Shown here one piece after another: positions 54,658 to 64,000 of a stretch of DNA of 64,000 bases (position 1 is its first letter; every line of letters begins with the position of its first letter). The translations under genes and the position numbers were made by a program. The stretch is taken from positions 2,112-66,111 of the forward strand of contig CAZFRC010000003.1 in the NCBI GenBank assembly GCA_964521185.1, in the 5' to 3' direction. This DNA comes from an uncultured Candidatus Saccharibacteria bacterium (GTDB lineage Bacteria > Patescibacteriota > Minisyncoccia > Phycocordibacterales > UBA12088). Under the pieces are notes generated by a model. It had not been told where the DNA came from. It saw nothing but the letters and a program-made list of their open reading frames with translations, and searched no databases.

Positions 54658-55557
54658 CTAATACGAAGCCCTGTCCACTACGACACCGGTTGGATCAATA
54701 AGCTCAAGATATTCTCGCCGATCTCTCCACAGAGGAGACTCCCTTGCAAGATACACACGCCACTCGTTTTTGTAAAAATCAGCGTCATTTTTGTGGGCGG
54801 TAATGCATCCGTTGTAATGAATGCGGGTATCAAGAAATTGTTGGCATGCGCGCGAATAGGATGGAGCGAGAGGTTTTGTGACAATCTGACACTGGGGTTG
54901 TTTTTGCACAAGATCAATACAGGCGTCTCCATATGTTCGAATTAATTCAGGGGTAATGTTTCCAAGTTCATCTCTTGGTTTTGGGCACTGACGTGGCAGT
55001 GATGGAGAAAAATCTTGAAATTGCTCAAAATACCCGGTGCATTTATTAAGACGGAATGATTCGCCAATCGGGGATCGTCCCGTCACGATAATAGCCTTTC
55101 CCCCCGGGGGAAGACTGAAAGGTTGGCGCGCGTTTACTGTTCCGATAAAGGGAAGCTCAACTGCTTCAGGAAGCGAAACGCCTTCTCCAGATACCGCTGA
55201 TCGAATGTACCAGTTGGTGAGCACCACTGATTCAGAATTATTTTTGTCTGCTTCAATCACAAGATATTCAGTCCCTACATTTGACCGCCGCCCCTCCGAG
55301 ACATTCTGAAAGCGAATTATGGGACGCATAGAAGGTCTGATCGGCGTTTTTGGAGACTGCGTATCGTCTGTCGAAGAAGACTTTACTTGAGAAACAAGAG
55401 TTCTCTCTGAAGGAGTTTTGAGAATACTGCTTGAAAGCGAGGGAGTGTCCTCGGGAAGCCCTATCCACGAAAGGATGAGCACGATCGCAACCAGAATGAT
55501 GAACGGGAGGTCCGATCCTCCCGATGACTTCGATCCTTCAGCCATAGATAGCATCAA
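54658..55557 (-). CDS. Membrane-anchored extracytoplasmic protein with a possible lamin-tail-like (LTD) domain
   Basis: N-terminal TM helix ILVAIVLILSWIGL; segment YLVIEADKNNSESVVLTNWYIRSAVSGEGVSLPEAVELP resembles the LTD pattern; stop adjacent to the TrmH stop. Confidence 0.4.
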   Translation of the reverse strand: MMLSMAEGSKSSGGSDLPFIILVAIVLILSWIGLPEDTPSLSSSILKTPSERTLVSQVKSSSTDDTQSPKTPIRPSMRPIIRFQNVSEGRRSNVGTEYLVIEADKNNSESVVLTNWYIRSAVSGEGVSLPEAVELPFIGTVNARQPFSLPPGGKAIIVTGRSPIGESFRLNKCTGYFEQFQDFSPSLPRQCPKPRDELGNITPELIRTYGDACIDLVQKQPQCQIVTKPLAPSYSRACQQFLDTRIHYNGCITAHKNDADFYKNEWRVYLARESPLWRDRREYLELIDPTGVVVDRASY

Positions 55558-55565
55558 TCATAGGA

Positions 55566-56840
55566 CTACTTTATGCTCGCGTGAAGTACCTCTAATTCTT
55601 CACGTGCAACATCAGCATCGCTCCATGGTATCTTTGAATTTTGAGGCCCCATGATATAGGGGTCGGTTCCTTTTCCAGTGATAAGCACGGCAGATTTTGC
55701 TTCGGCGTACGAAAGGGCAGTACGAATTGCGGTTCGGCGATCAAGGATGATTTCAGGTTTTTTTTCACTCATACCTCCCGCCATTTCTAAAAGTATGGCG
55801 TTCGGATCTTCGTCGTAAGGATCTTCGTTCGTCAAAATCACTCGATCGCAATAACGTTCCGCAATGCGCGCCATTTCAGGTCTTTTCCACTTGTCACGTC
55901 CGCCTCCGGTGTTTCCAAGAACACAAATCTTCTGGTGATTTGGAAACGCTTGGTATAGCTTTTCAAGCGAATCAGGAGTGTGTGCGTAATCAACCACAAC
56001 GCGATATTTCTGTCCGACTTCAATATATTGCACACGTCCAGGAATACCGGGAATTTTCTGAATAGCACGGCTAATTGTGTCTGGAGAAATTCCAAGTGCG
56101 CGAGCAGTCTTCCACGCCGCCATGATATTCATAATGTTGAACAATCCGACAAGATGCGATTGCAGAGTTTTTCCCTCCACCGTCATTAATGTTCCACGAT
56201 CATTTGAGGCATAAGGCGCGGCTTCAGCTAACGAGAAGGGTATGGGAGCAATTCCATGTGGCACACTGAGAAACAGTGCACCATGAACATCATCTTGGTT
56301 TGCGATCATGTATCGGAAGCGTTTCCGAGATGATTCAAGCGATTTCTTCAGTTCCAATTTTGCCGCAAGGTAATTTTCAAATGATCCGTGAGATTCAATG
56401 TGTTCGGGGCTTATGTTTGTGAATACCAAAGCATCGAGCTCTATGTGTCGATGTCGGGATTGTACAACTCCCTCAGACGACATTTCAATGACGGCATGCG
56501 TACAACCCTCCGTAACTGCTTTTCGGAGGAAGCGTTCTATAAAGAATCGTCCGGGCATGGTCATTTTAAAGAGGTTTCGTTCCTCAGTATTACCCCTAAC
56601 AAAATGAATCGTATTTAGTAGCGCCACAGAGTAACCCGCCTCACGAAGTATTGCAGCAATGAGTTCAGTGGTGGTTGTTTTACCTTTAGTTCCTGTGACA
56701 CCGATCACTACCAGCTTGCGCGAGGGAAAACGGTATCGCACGGCTCCAATATCGGAAAGTATACGATGGTACAAAGGTCGAATTGCGTTTCCGAACCGAT
56801 TTGGAACGATGCGCCGAATGAAGGAGAATAAATGCTCCAT
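55566..56840 (-). CDS. Mur ligase family protein (MurE-like)
   Basis: P-loop VIGVTGTKGKTTTTELIAAIL; Mur ligase middle and C-terminal domain patterns; 424 aa. Confidence 0.75.
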   Translation of the reverse strand: MEHLFSFIRRIVPNRFGNAIRPLYHRILSDIGAVRYRFPSRKLVVIGVTGTKGKTTTTELIAAILREAGYSVALLNTIHFVRGNTEERNLFKMTMPGRFFIERFLRKAVTEGCTHAVIEMSSEGVVQSRHRHIELDALVFTNISPEHIESHGSFENYLAAKLELKKSLESSRKRFRYMIANQDDVHGALFLSVPHGIAPIPFSLAEAAPYASNDRGTLMTVEGKTLQSHLVGLFNIMNIMAAWKTARALGISPDTISRAIQKIPGIPGRVQYIEVGQKYRVVVDYAHTPDSLEKLYQAFPNHQKICVLGNTGGGRDKWKRPEMARIAERYCDRVILTNEDPYDEDPNAILLEMAGGMSEKKPEIILDRRTAIRTALSYAEAKSAVLITGKGTDPYIMGPQNSKIPWSDADVAREELEVLHASIK

Positions 56841-56847
56841 ACGTATC

Positions 56848-57429
56848 TTACGCTTTACTTAAAATACGAAGTGCCGCCTTAATGCGTTCGTTTGATCCCA
56901 CCACGCCGGAAGGCACGTGTTTCAACGCTTCACGACTTTCGGAAGGCGAGTACCCAAGAGTTTTCAGCGCTTCAATTACGTCAGCTTCTTCTGCAAGGAG
57001 GTCGTCTGAAGCAGCAACGCCGAAGGAACTTACTTTTTCTTGAAGCTCAACTACGATTTTTTCTGCGGTTCGTTTGCCAATACCGGACACGCTGGTCAGA
57101 TAGGCAGCATTTTTCGATGCAATCGCGCGCGCGAGAGTTTCTATGTCAGAGATGTTTAAGATTGCCAGGGCCGATTTTGGTCCAATGCCCGATACCGTGA
57201 GCAGCAGGCGAAAAAAACTGCGCTCTCGAATACTCTCAAACCCGTACAGTTCAAACGCATCCTCTCGTACTGCCAAATGAGTGTATAAGGACACTTCCTT
57301 TCCGCGCCCCAATGACAAAGAGTGCAGGGTGTTGGAAGAAACAGCCACGTCATATCCCACGCCGTGCACATCAAGGAGGGCATGGGTTCCGGTGGTTGCT
57401 TCGAGTGTTCCTCTTAAAAAACCAATCAT
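56848..57429 (-). CDS. ruvA: Holliday junction DNA helicase RuvA
   Basis: MIGFLRGTL...; two HhH motifs (LLTVSGIGPKSALAIL; LTSVSGIGKRTAEKIV); domain III. Confidence 0.9.
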   Translation of the reverse strand: MIGFLRGTLEATTGTHALLDVHGVGYDVAVSSNTLHSLSLGRGKEVSLYTHLAVREDAFELYGFESIRERSFFRLLLTVSGIGPKSALAILNISDIETLARAIASKNAAYLTSVSGIGKRTAEKIVVELQEKVSSFGVAASDDLLAEEADVIEALKTLGYSPSESREALKHVPSGVVGSNERIKAALRILSKA

Positions 57430-57504
57430 ATTTTAATCATACTCCAGATGGAACTGTTTTTCGAAGTTGCGTTTTTTTAAAAATACGGTACTATCCCTTT
57501 TGTT

Positions 57505-57759
57505 ATGCCAATCACATCATCGGCAAAAAAAGCGTTGCGAGCCTCCTTCAAGAAAAGAGCGTTTAATCTTCGTCGTAAGAGCACGATGCAACAGCGCATG
57601 AAGGCAGTCGAAAGGGAATCGTCGGAAGGGAAAAAAGAAGCAGCGGCAGAGGCAGTTCGGTTTGCGTATAAAGCAATCGACAAAGCAGTAAAAAGAGGAC
57701 TTATCAAAAAGAATACTGCCGCAAGAAAAAAATCTCGAATGGCGCGACTTTTGAAATAG
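57505..57759 (+). CDS. rpsT: 30S ribosomal protein S20
   Basis: MPITSSAKKALRASFKKRAFNLRRKS... S20 signature; 84 aa. Confidence 0.9.
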   Translation: MPITSSAKKALRASFKKRAFNLRRKSTMQQRMKAVERESSEGKKEAAAEAVRFAYKAIDKAVKRGLIKKNTAARKKSRMARLLK

Positions 57760-57774
57760 GATTTTTTCTCTTTG

Positions 57775-57846
57775 TCCCCTCGGCAGGAATCGAACCTGCA
57801 TTACGAGATCCGCAATCTCGCGTTCTATCCATTGAACTACGAGGGG
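57775..57846 (-). tRNA. tRNA-Arg (anticodon GCG)
   Basis: Hand fold: acceptor CCCCTCG/CGAGGGG, D-arm GTTC-AATGGATA-GAAC, anticodon stem CGAGA/TCTCG with loop TTGCGGA, T-arm GCAGG-TTCGATT-CCTGC, discriminator A. Confidence 0.7.
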
Positions 57847-57923
57847 ATGAAGTGCGTCTGTATGACCGCCTTCGAATGACAATCTAACAGAGGAGGGCGA
57901 ATTGCGCCAGAACGATGACCAGC

Positions 57924-58508
57924 CTAAAAACCAAGTTGGTCGAGTATATGGTGCGCCAGAGGCTCCTGGAGGTGTTCTTCTTCGAGTACGCGAAGGAGAA
58001 AACGGCGAACCAGTTCGGGATCGACGCCAACCAGGGGGATAACAATAATTGGTATTAACGCTTTTTTTGATCGAATGAGCAGTTTTGGGGTCGTGTAAGG
58101 GATAACGGCATTTTCGTCTTCGTGGGTGATCCAAAAAGAATTGAATGTTTGATACGGAAAAAGTTGGCGATTGATCGTAAGTCCACGTTCTGATAGTACA
58201 AACCGTGAAATCTCTGGACCTCGGCTAGCTAAAAGTGCCAACACAAACGCAGCCATAATGACCAGAAGTCCAAACAGTACATTTCCAAGTATGAACGCGG
58301 CAATTGCAGAGGAAAGAGCAAAAAAACCTACACCCCAAAACCAATCCGTACTCCGTACACGATGTTCGTACTCGTATCCATGCCATTCGACAGATCGTGG
58401 AAGCGGTGGGCGTTTGTTTTGAGTATCGCCCGCATGTGATGGTTGGGGAGGCATTACTGGTAGTGTATCACTGAAAAAATAATTATTGCAGAAGAAATTC
58501 ACACACAC
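57924..58508 (-). CDS. Hypothetical membrane protein (two TM helices)
   Basis: WFWGVGFFALSSAIAAFILGNVLFGLLVIMAAFVLALLA; no recognised domain; the start may be an internal Met. Confidence 0.4.
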   Translation of the reverse strand: MCVNFFCNNYFFSDTLPVMPPQPSHAGDTQNKRPPLPRSVEWHGYEYEHRVRSTDWFWGVGFFALSSAIAAFILGNVLFGLLVIMAAFVLALLASRGPEISRFVLSERGLTINRQLFPYQTFNSFWITHEDENAVIPYTTPKLLIRSKKALIPIIVIPLVGVDPELVRRFLLRVLEEEHLQEPLAHHILDQLGF

Positions 58509-59191
58509 CCACCTCGAGCTCTAAGAGCCTCGGTGGCTTTTGGGATGTCTTCTGGATATCCAACATCCATCCAGAATGAGGCTGTTTCCACTTTAACAGG
58601 ATAGTCGCGTGCCATTGCCGCCACCATTGTGGGAATATATGTTTCTCCTTTTGCGCCAACACCCGCTTCGTAGTTAAAAATACGCTCATCAAGCACCATG
58701 GCTCCTGTTGACACCAAGTTCGTCTTTGGATGCTCCGGCTTTTCATTGAAAGCGGTTAATATCCCTTCAGAACTGGTCTCAATCACCCCAAAACGTTCAG
58801 GGTGTTCGTGGGGATGTGCGAGGACGGCAAGATCGTGAGATATCATCCGAGTCAGGCTGTCTTTGTCGAGGAGGCTGTCGCCAAGCACAATCAAAAATTT
58901 TCCAGCAGAAAGGAATGGTCGGGCTAGAATCATCGCGTCAGCGGTCCCTTTGGGAATGTGTTGCGTTACATACACCACAGGATGTCCGCAAAAATGATCG
59001 CCGCAGTACGCGCGTATCATTTCTTCTTTATATCCAACTACCATTATTATCCGTTCAATGCAGTTTGGAAGTGCGTGGACGATATGCTCAACAAGAGGAT
59101 GTCCGCAGATCTCAATGAATGGTTTTGGGCGCTCCAAAGTAAGCGGTCGCATCCGAGTCCCTTCTCCGGCAGCCAATATAAGCGCGTCCAT
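58499..59191 (-). CDS. Sugar-phosphate nucleotidyltransferase (NTP_transferase family)
   Basis: MDALILAAGEGTRMRPLTLERPKPFIEI is the G-x-G-T-R signature; start set at internal ATG 59189-59191. Confidence 0.8.
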   Translation of the reverse strand: MDALILAAGEGTRMRPLTLERPKPFIEICGHPLVEHIVHALPNCIERIIMVVGYKEEMIRAYCGDHFCGHPVVYVTQHIPKGTADAMILARPFLSAGKFLIVLGDSLLDKDSLTRMISHDLAVLAHPHEHPERFGVIETSSEGILTAFNEKPEHPKTNLVSTGAMVLDERIFNYEAGVGAKGETYIPTMVAAMARDYPVKVETASFWMDVGYPEDIPKATEALRARGGCV

Positions 59192-59677
59192 GGGGTTTCG
59201 ATAATAGCCACAGTAAACAAATTTGAGCAACCAAGTCAACCTTGCTGTTTTCATACACAGCGAAACCCGCACACAAGCAAGAATGTTGCGTGCGGGTTAT
59301 TTTCTATCCCACGTTGTCAGGCACTAAATTTTTTGGTTCTCTGCAATGTATCTCCGTAATTCTGTACCCCTCTGGGGGTTTTATTATTGTGAGGGAAATA
59401 AGAGTGTCGATCATCATCTGTGTGCCATTACCTGGACTATTGCAAAGTCTAAATATCTCAATATATTTTGCTGGTTGCTTTTTTAAAGAAAACCCACGAT
59501 CTTCAAAAAAACAATGATTTAATAGAATTGAGCAAATCTTTATTGAAATAACAATTTCAACCATCGTAGCCCTCCTTTTTCATTTTCGACTACGGCTATA
59601 GTATTCTTAATTATTCAAACACACAAGACCTTTTTAGTCGTGCCACGCAGGGCTTTGAAAATCTGAATTTCTGATTT

Positions 59678-59765
<88 letters not shown>

Positions 59766-59877
59766 GAGAGCGTATCGCCATCCTAGCCCACACATGCGTA
59801 TTTCGTCCAGTTTTGATCCGGAGGAGCGCTTGCTGTCTATAGCCTCTAAGATATTGAATTGCTATGCTAGTGGCTAA

Positions 59878-60660
59878 TTGGAACATCATATACGCATGTC
59901 AATCGGCAACTTTTTTAAAGGAGAGAAAAAACCTTCTACCGCGGAACCAGTACCAGAACTATTCCTTCCTTGGGATGTGAGGTATGCCATTCAATATAAA
60001 GAGGGACTGCTTGGAGCTTCAGAGATGAAAGACTTGGTTAATAATGGATTTAAAGACCTCGGTCTCTATCTTTGTCTTAAAGCAAGCGCGAATGATCCGG
60101 AGCTACAACGGGCCATCATTAGTAAACTCGCCAAGGCTATTGCCGATCATCACAAGAGTGGAGAAAATTTGGAAACAAGCATCACAGCCCTTGCGGAAGA
60201 AAGCATTGACGCTCTTCCTGAGCACACAACAGTACAGGGCGCAAAGCTTGCCCTGATTTCCCGACAAGGTATTAATTTGTGGAGAAGATACTACAGAGAG
60301 GCCGCCGAGAAATATGCCAAAGAATCTTCGGTGCGCACATTTATCGTAGGGCACGCAACATTTATAGGACTTTCTGAATTTTTACGCTTTCACGAAGAAC
60401 ATCAAAAACCTCTCCACATTCTTATACCTAATTTTATTGATGATAATAATCGTGAGATATGCGGGTATCGTGTTGTCGGTGCCGATGCGGTATTTTTGCC
60501 AAAAAACTTTGATAGGGATTCTCTCGCGGTGGTGGTGGACGATATTTTTCATACAGGTGATTCGAATAAAAAGATAAAATATTTCTGGTCAGACGGAAGC
60601 ATTCATCCATTACCGAGGTTCGATTTTCTTTACAAGACTACCGACCACACTAACGTCTGA
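59878..60660 (+). CDS. Hypothetical protein with a C-terminal type-I phosphoribosyltransferase-like motif
   Basis: LAVVVDDIFHTGDS matches the PRPP-binding loop of PRTases; the helical N-terminal region has no ComF-type zinc finger. Confidence 0.45.
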   Translation: MEHHIRMSIGNFFKGEKKPSTAEPVPELFLPWDVRYAIQYKEGLLGASEMKDLVNNGFKDLGLYLCLKASANDPELQRAIISKLAKAIADHHKSGENLETSITALAEESIDALPEHTTVQGAKLALISRQGINLWRRYYREAAEKYAKESSVRTFIVGHATFIGLSEFLRFHEEHQKPLHILIPNFIDDNNREICGYRVVGADAVFLPKNFDRDSLAVVVDDIFHTGDSNKKIKYFWSDGSIHPLPRFDFLYKTTDHTNV

Positions 60661-60662
60661 GT

Positions 60663-61058
60663 ATGAAAATTCTTGCGATTGACTATGGAGGGAAGAGGAT
60701 TGGTCTTGCAACATCTGACGATACCGGAACTGTTGCGTTTCCGCGCGCTATTATCCCAAACGATGACGGTGCTCTCCGACGTATTCTCGATATGATCCAA
60801 GAAGAGCATATCTCCGAGATCGTTGTTGGCGAGTCAACGGACTATCGCCACGTCCCAAATCCAATTATGAAAAAGATCAATAATGTTATCGATGTTCTTA
60901 AAGAACGTACACGCATTCCGATATATCTTGAGTGGGAGGTACTTACTTCGTCTGAAGCGAGAAGAGGAAGGGAATCGAGGATAAACATTGATGCGGCGGC
61001 AGCGGCGATCCTCCTTCAAACTTTTTTGGATCGCCGTCGCAACACAAAAGACGTATAA
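60663..61058 (+). CDS. ruvX: Putative pre-16S rRNA nuclease / Holliday-junction resolvase-like YqgF (RuvX)
   Basis: MKILAIDYGGKRIGLATSD...; RNase H-like; 131 aa. Confidence 0.85.
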   Translation: MKILAIDYGGKRIGLATSDDTGTVAFPRAIIPNDDGALRRILDMIQEEHISEIVVGESTDYRHVPNPIMKKINNVIDVLKERTRIPIYLEWEVLTSSEARRGRESRINIDAAAAAILLQTFLDRRRNTKDV

Positions 61059-61068
61059 TCGATATCAT

Positions 61069-61407
61069 ATGACAAATCACATTTCTATTGACGAATTTAA
61101 GAAGCTTTCAATCGGCATCGGCTGTATTCAATCGGCGGAGATAGTGGAAGGCGCCGATAAACTTCTCCGCCTTGTGGTGGATTTTGGAGAAGAAACACCC
61201 CGCCAAATAATTTCTGGTATCCGCGCGTATTTTCCTGATCCTGCTGCTCTCGTTGGCACTAAATGCGCATTTGCAACCAATCTTGAACCGCGCACCATTC
61301 GCGGATTCGAATCAAACGGCATGATACTTGCTGTTTCAACTGATGACGGACTCTTCTCTCTGCTTACCGTCTCACCCCCGATTCCTCCAGGGGCACGGGT
61401 TAAATAA
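61069..61407 (+). CDS. tRNA-binding domain protein (CsaA / MetRS C-terminal-like OB fold)
   Basis: IGIGCIQSAEIVEGADKLLRLVVDFGEE...GMILAV matches the tRNA_bind (Myf) domain; start set at ATG 61069; the track ORF starts at 60988, overlapping ruvX. Confidence 0.75.
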   Translation: MTNHISIDEFKKLSIGIGCIQSAEIVEGADKLLRLVVDFGEETPRQIISGIRAYFPDPAALVGTKCAFATNLEPRTIRGFESNGMILAVSTDDGLFSLLTVSPPIPPGARVK

Positions 61408-61410
61408 CGT

Positions 61411-62004
61411 ATGGGAGAGCATTCGATGGTGCGTCGCTCGTGGGAGTGGTTTCGAATGCGGGCACATGGCACGCACGCGAAAGCATGGCTGTTTGTCCTT
61501 TGTTATACCGAAGCATTCATTTCACTCATTGTGCCAGATCCGCTACTCGCGCTCATGGCTTCTGCCGTACCGAATAAATGGCTTCGCGCTACTCTTATTG
61601 CCACCCTTGCAGCAACGCTCGGCGCCATTACCGGCTATCTTGTTGGTGCTCTGATGTTTGATTCGATAGGCGAACGCCTTATTGAATGGTATGGGCTTCA
61701 AAGTGAAGCTGCATACGCAAGTGAGCTCCTTGGACGAAGCGTGTTTTGGGTAACCCTGATTGTTGCGTTTACCCCCTTTCCCGACAAAGTGTTCGTTATT
61801 CTTGCTGGTTTTCTTGGGTTAAATCCAGTTGTAATGACCATAGCGTTTGCGATTGGTCGGGGTGCACGTTTTGGGCTTGTAGGATATTTTTCTGCAAAAT
61901 ATGGGGAACGGCTGATGCTCATTATGTTGCGCGTGTTTGAGAATCCACTGTTCGCAATTATTGGAATCTTGTTTCTCGTGCTCATTTTTTTGTGGTATGC
62001 ATAA
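61411..62004 (+). CDS. DedA-family (SNARE-associated) membrane protein
   Basis: 197 aa; multi-TM; DedA core pattern (FISLIVPDPLL...GYLVGALMF). Confidence 0.75.
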   Translation: MGEHSMVRRSWEWFRMRAHGTHAKAWLFVLCYTEAFISLIVPDPLLALMASAVPNKWLRATLIATLAATLGAITGYLVGALMFDSIGERLIEWYGLQSEAAYASELLGRSVFWVTLIVAFTPFPDKVFVILAGFLGLNPVVMTIAFAIGRGARFGLVGYFSAKYGERLMLIMLRVFENPLFAIIGILFLVLIFLWYA

Positions 62005-62059
62005 TGATGCATCATATTAAGTAGCTTCCCACATATTAGAGGAGGTATACTAATAAGTA

Positions 62060-63160
62060 ATGGAATTGTTAGATCGAAATACGCCGACGCCATTTCGTGT
62101 GCGCGCGCTGTCGTTATTCCCTCCGCCAAAGATCATGCGTATGCATGCTGTGGGTATCGATATTTCTGATGCATCGCTTAAATACATTTTGTTTAATCGA
62201 AAAGGGAATGGTGTGCAGATTGCTGCCTACGGAAGTAAGGATATCCCCCTGGGGTTAATTGAAAAGGGTCGTATTACTGATGTTTCCGCGCTCTCAAATG
62301 TATTAATAAAGCTTCGAAAACAGCACGGATTTGAATTTGCTCATGTGGCACTTCCGGAAGAGCACGCCTATTTATTTGAAACCGATGTGCCGCGTTCCAT
62401 ATCGTCTGTTTCGGAAATGAAAACGGTCATTGAATTTCGGCTGAAAGAGAATGTTCCGCTTCCACCCGAAGAAACAGTTTTTGATTTTATAGAAATTGGC
62501 AAGAATGTTGAGGGAAATACGATTGTGATTGTGTCCGCGTACGCTCGATCAATTCTTGAGGAATATCAAAAAGTTTTTTTGCAAAGCGGCATCCATCCAA
62601 TATCGTTCGAGGTGGAAGGACAGGCTGTTGGACGAGCGGTTGTGCCTTATAACGATGCGGGAACATACATGCTTGTTGATCTTGGCAAGAGACAAACCGG
62701 AATTTCGATTATCCGGTCCGGAGCACTTGCGTTTGCCGTTAATATTGGATTAGGCGGAGACCATCTCACAAGTTCCATAGCAAAAGCGTTGAAAAAGAAC
62801 GAAGAGGAAGCAGAGCTCATAAAACAAAAAGCAGGTTTTGTTCCCCGGGAAGCAGATGATGAAGTGGCATTTGCTCTTGCCACTACGATGGCCGCGCTTC
62901 GTGACGAAATCAACCAACATTACCTATATTGGCATGCACATCACGAAGGAGATGATACGTCGGTCATTTCATGTGTATATCTTGTCGGGGGAGGCGCAGG
63001 CCTTATGGGGTTTGCCGAATACTTATCAAACGCGCTCCCTGTTCCTGTTAAGCGTGCGGACGTGTGGACGAATGTGCTTTTCAACGATGTGCCCGATATT
63101 GATCGAAGCCGTTCATTTCAGTATGGAACCGCGATCGGGCTTGCTCTCCGTTCAATCTGA
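62060..63160 (+). CDS. pilM: Type IV pilus assembly protein PilM (actin-like ATPase fold)
   Basis: GIDISDASLKYILF...; ASKHD-like fold pattern; followed by pilN and pilO-like genes; the start may be internal ATG 62135 or 62141. Confidence 0.8.
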   Translation: MELLDRNTPTPFRVRALSLFPPPKIMRMHAVGIDISDASLKYILFNRKGNGVQIAAYGSKDIPLGLIEKGRITDVSALSNVLIKLRKQHGFEFAHVALPEEHAYLFETDVPRSISSVSEMKTVIEFRLKENVPLPPEETVFDFIEIGKNVEGNTIVIVSAYARSILEEYQKVFLQSGIHPISFEVEGQAVGRAVVPYNDAGTYMLVDLGKRQTGISIIRSGALAFAVNIGLGGDHLTSSIAKALKKNEEEAELIKQKAGFVPREADDEVAFALATTMAALRDEINQHYLYWHAHHEGDDTSVISCVYLVGGGAGLMGFAEYLSNALPVPVKRADVWTNVLFNDVPDIDRSRSFQYGTAIGLALRSI

Positions 63161-63173
63161 TGCACCACCTATA

Positions 63174-63728
63174 ATGAAAACAGATATGACCAATCTTCTC
63201 CCATATAAAAACATGCGCTCAATCCAGATGGAATATTGGTGCCGAGTAGGAATAGTTGTCGGAATTTCATTCACGATCGTGCTGTGCATCGGCATAATAC
63301 TCCTTGTGCCCTCCTACCTATCTTCAAAAGAACATCTCCGCCTAGTTACTGAACAGGAGGCAACGATTGTGGCAGAAATTTCTGCAACTGATGACGCGGA
63401 GTTACAGAAATTGCTTGATAAGATTGAGGATCAAATGGCATCGGTGATGTCACATAGACCAACATTATTTCGTGGAATAAGCGACGTGTTGAGAGAAATT
63501 CCACGTGGGATACAGATCACTGACTTTGTTATGACGACTGAGAAAAGTCGCGAAGTCCGTTTATATGGGATAGCCGATCGTCGAGACACACTCATTCGTT
63601 TTCGAGAGAATTTGGAAGCTTCTCAAAAGTTTGCTGACATTGTTTTGCCGTTATCGGACTTGGCTGCTTCAGAAGACATTTCTTTTGATATTGCGATGAA
63701 ATTTGTGACGCCCTCCATTTCGCCATGA
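63174..63728 (+). CDS. pilN: PilN-like type IV pilus assembly protein
   Basis: Short cytoplasmic N-term, one TM helix (VGIVVGISFTIVLCIGIILLV), then a periplasmic coiled-coil/ferredoxin-like region; the track ORF from 62838 overlaps pilM in another frame. Confidence 0.65.
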   Translation: MKTDMTNLLPYKNMRSIQMEYWCRVGIVVGISFTIVLCIGIILLVPSYLSSKEHLRLVTEQEATIVAEISATDDAELQKLLDKIEDQMASVMSHRPTLFRGISDVLREIPRGIQITDFVMTTEKSREVRLYGIADRRDTLIRFRENLEASQKFADIVLPLSDLAASEDISFDIAMKFVTPSISP

Positions 63729-64000
63729 TCCAGGATATTCATAGACATACATTAATCCGGTTTGCCATTGTGTTTACCGCCCTCTGTGTTTCGGGAAGTT
63801 TTTTCATATTCGAAGCGTTGTCCATTGGACGACACGAGGCTCAAGCCACGAAGATCCAAGAATCCATTGCGGTGTTAAATAATCAGGCTCAAAAAAAAGA
63901 AGCGGCAATATTTACCGTAAAAACCACCGATGAGCTCCAAAAACAAATAGACGCTTTTTTTGTTTCTGAAGAAAAAGTTCCAAGTCTGCTTGCGTTCATT
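63725..64000 (+). CDS. PilO-like protein (3'-partial at window end)
   Basis: ATG overlaps the pilN stop (ATGA); TM helix FAIVFTALCVSGSFFIF followed by a helical region. Confidence 0.5.
   Translation, partial: MIQDIHRHTLIRFAIVFTALCVSGSFFIFEALSIGRHEAQATKIQESIAVLNNQAQKKEAAIFTVKTTDELQKQIDAFFVSEEKVPSLLAFI

Overview
The window reads as a compact, mostly housekeeping chromosomal segment of a low-GC, small-genome bacterium. Its gene content resembles Candidate Phyla Radiation / Patescibacteria (Parcubacteria-like) genomes; this is an inference from pilin-like, lamin-tail-like and type IV secretion (T4SS)-like proteins, a small holA and many short overlaps. The standard genetic code is in use: genes end at TGA with normal lengths.

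The origin region is present in the classic arrangement: rpmH-rnpA-yidC-jag on the minus strand, facing dnaA-dnaN. A candidate oriC sits in the dnaA-dnaN spacer, with a near-consensus DnaA box and an AT-rich stretch.

Other recognisable genes:
- RNA turnover and translation: rny (5' partial), rpsO, pnp, rpsT, cca, rsmA, tsaE, a TrmH-like methylase, and seven tRNAs (Gly-UCC, Pro-UGG, Gly-GCC, Arg-UCG, Lys-UUU, Arg-GCG, Ser-UGA).
- DNA metabolism: hup, rarA, xth, a Xer-type recombinase, a UvrD/PcrA helicase, comM, ruvA, ruvB, ruvC, ruvX, polA and a small holA-like gene.
- An extracytoplasmic-function (ECF) sigma factor with a putative anti-sigma gene overlapping it by 4 nt.
- Envelope functions: an M23/LysM peptidase, a class A PBP, a Mur ligase and a membrane-anchored trypsin-like protease.
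- Type IV pilus genes: pilB, then pilM-pilN and a partial pilO-like ORF at the window edge.

The most notable feature is a 12.7-kb block of twelve co-directional genes at 26228-38944:
- It contains a VirB3-like small membrane protein, a VirB4-like ATPase, a VirB6/TrbL-like polytopic protein with a long coiled-coil tail, and a pilin-like protein.
- Several secreted or membrane proteins of unknown function are interleaved.
- The VirB4 homolog is interrupted by a single in-frame TAA between its N-domain and its ATPase domain.
- No relaxase, VirD4 coupling ATPase or VirB11 is visible in the window.

The second notable feature is a roughly 385-bp high-GC island at 5612-5998:
- It carries a possible Arg-rich 72-aa ORF on the minus strand with a Shine-Dalgarno motif.
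- An upstream 16-bp inverted repeat and a minus-oriented terminator flank it.
- A roughly 2-kb stretch follows at 6000-8180 with low coding density and several long perfect palindromes.

Smaller observations include:
- A 3' fragment of tRNA-Gly(UCC) with an encoded CCA, about 185 bp from the intact tRNA.
- A GCG + UCG pair of Arg tRNAs.
- A rpsO promoter placed for a leaderless mRNA.
- A PRTase-domain protein of unknown role.

No CRISPR array, rRNA gene or transposase was recognised.
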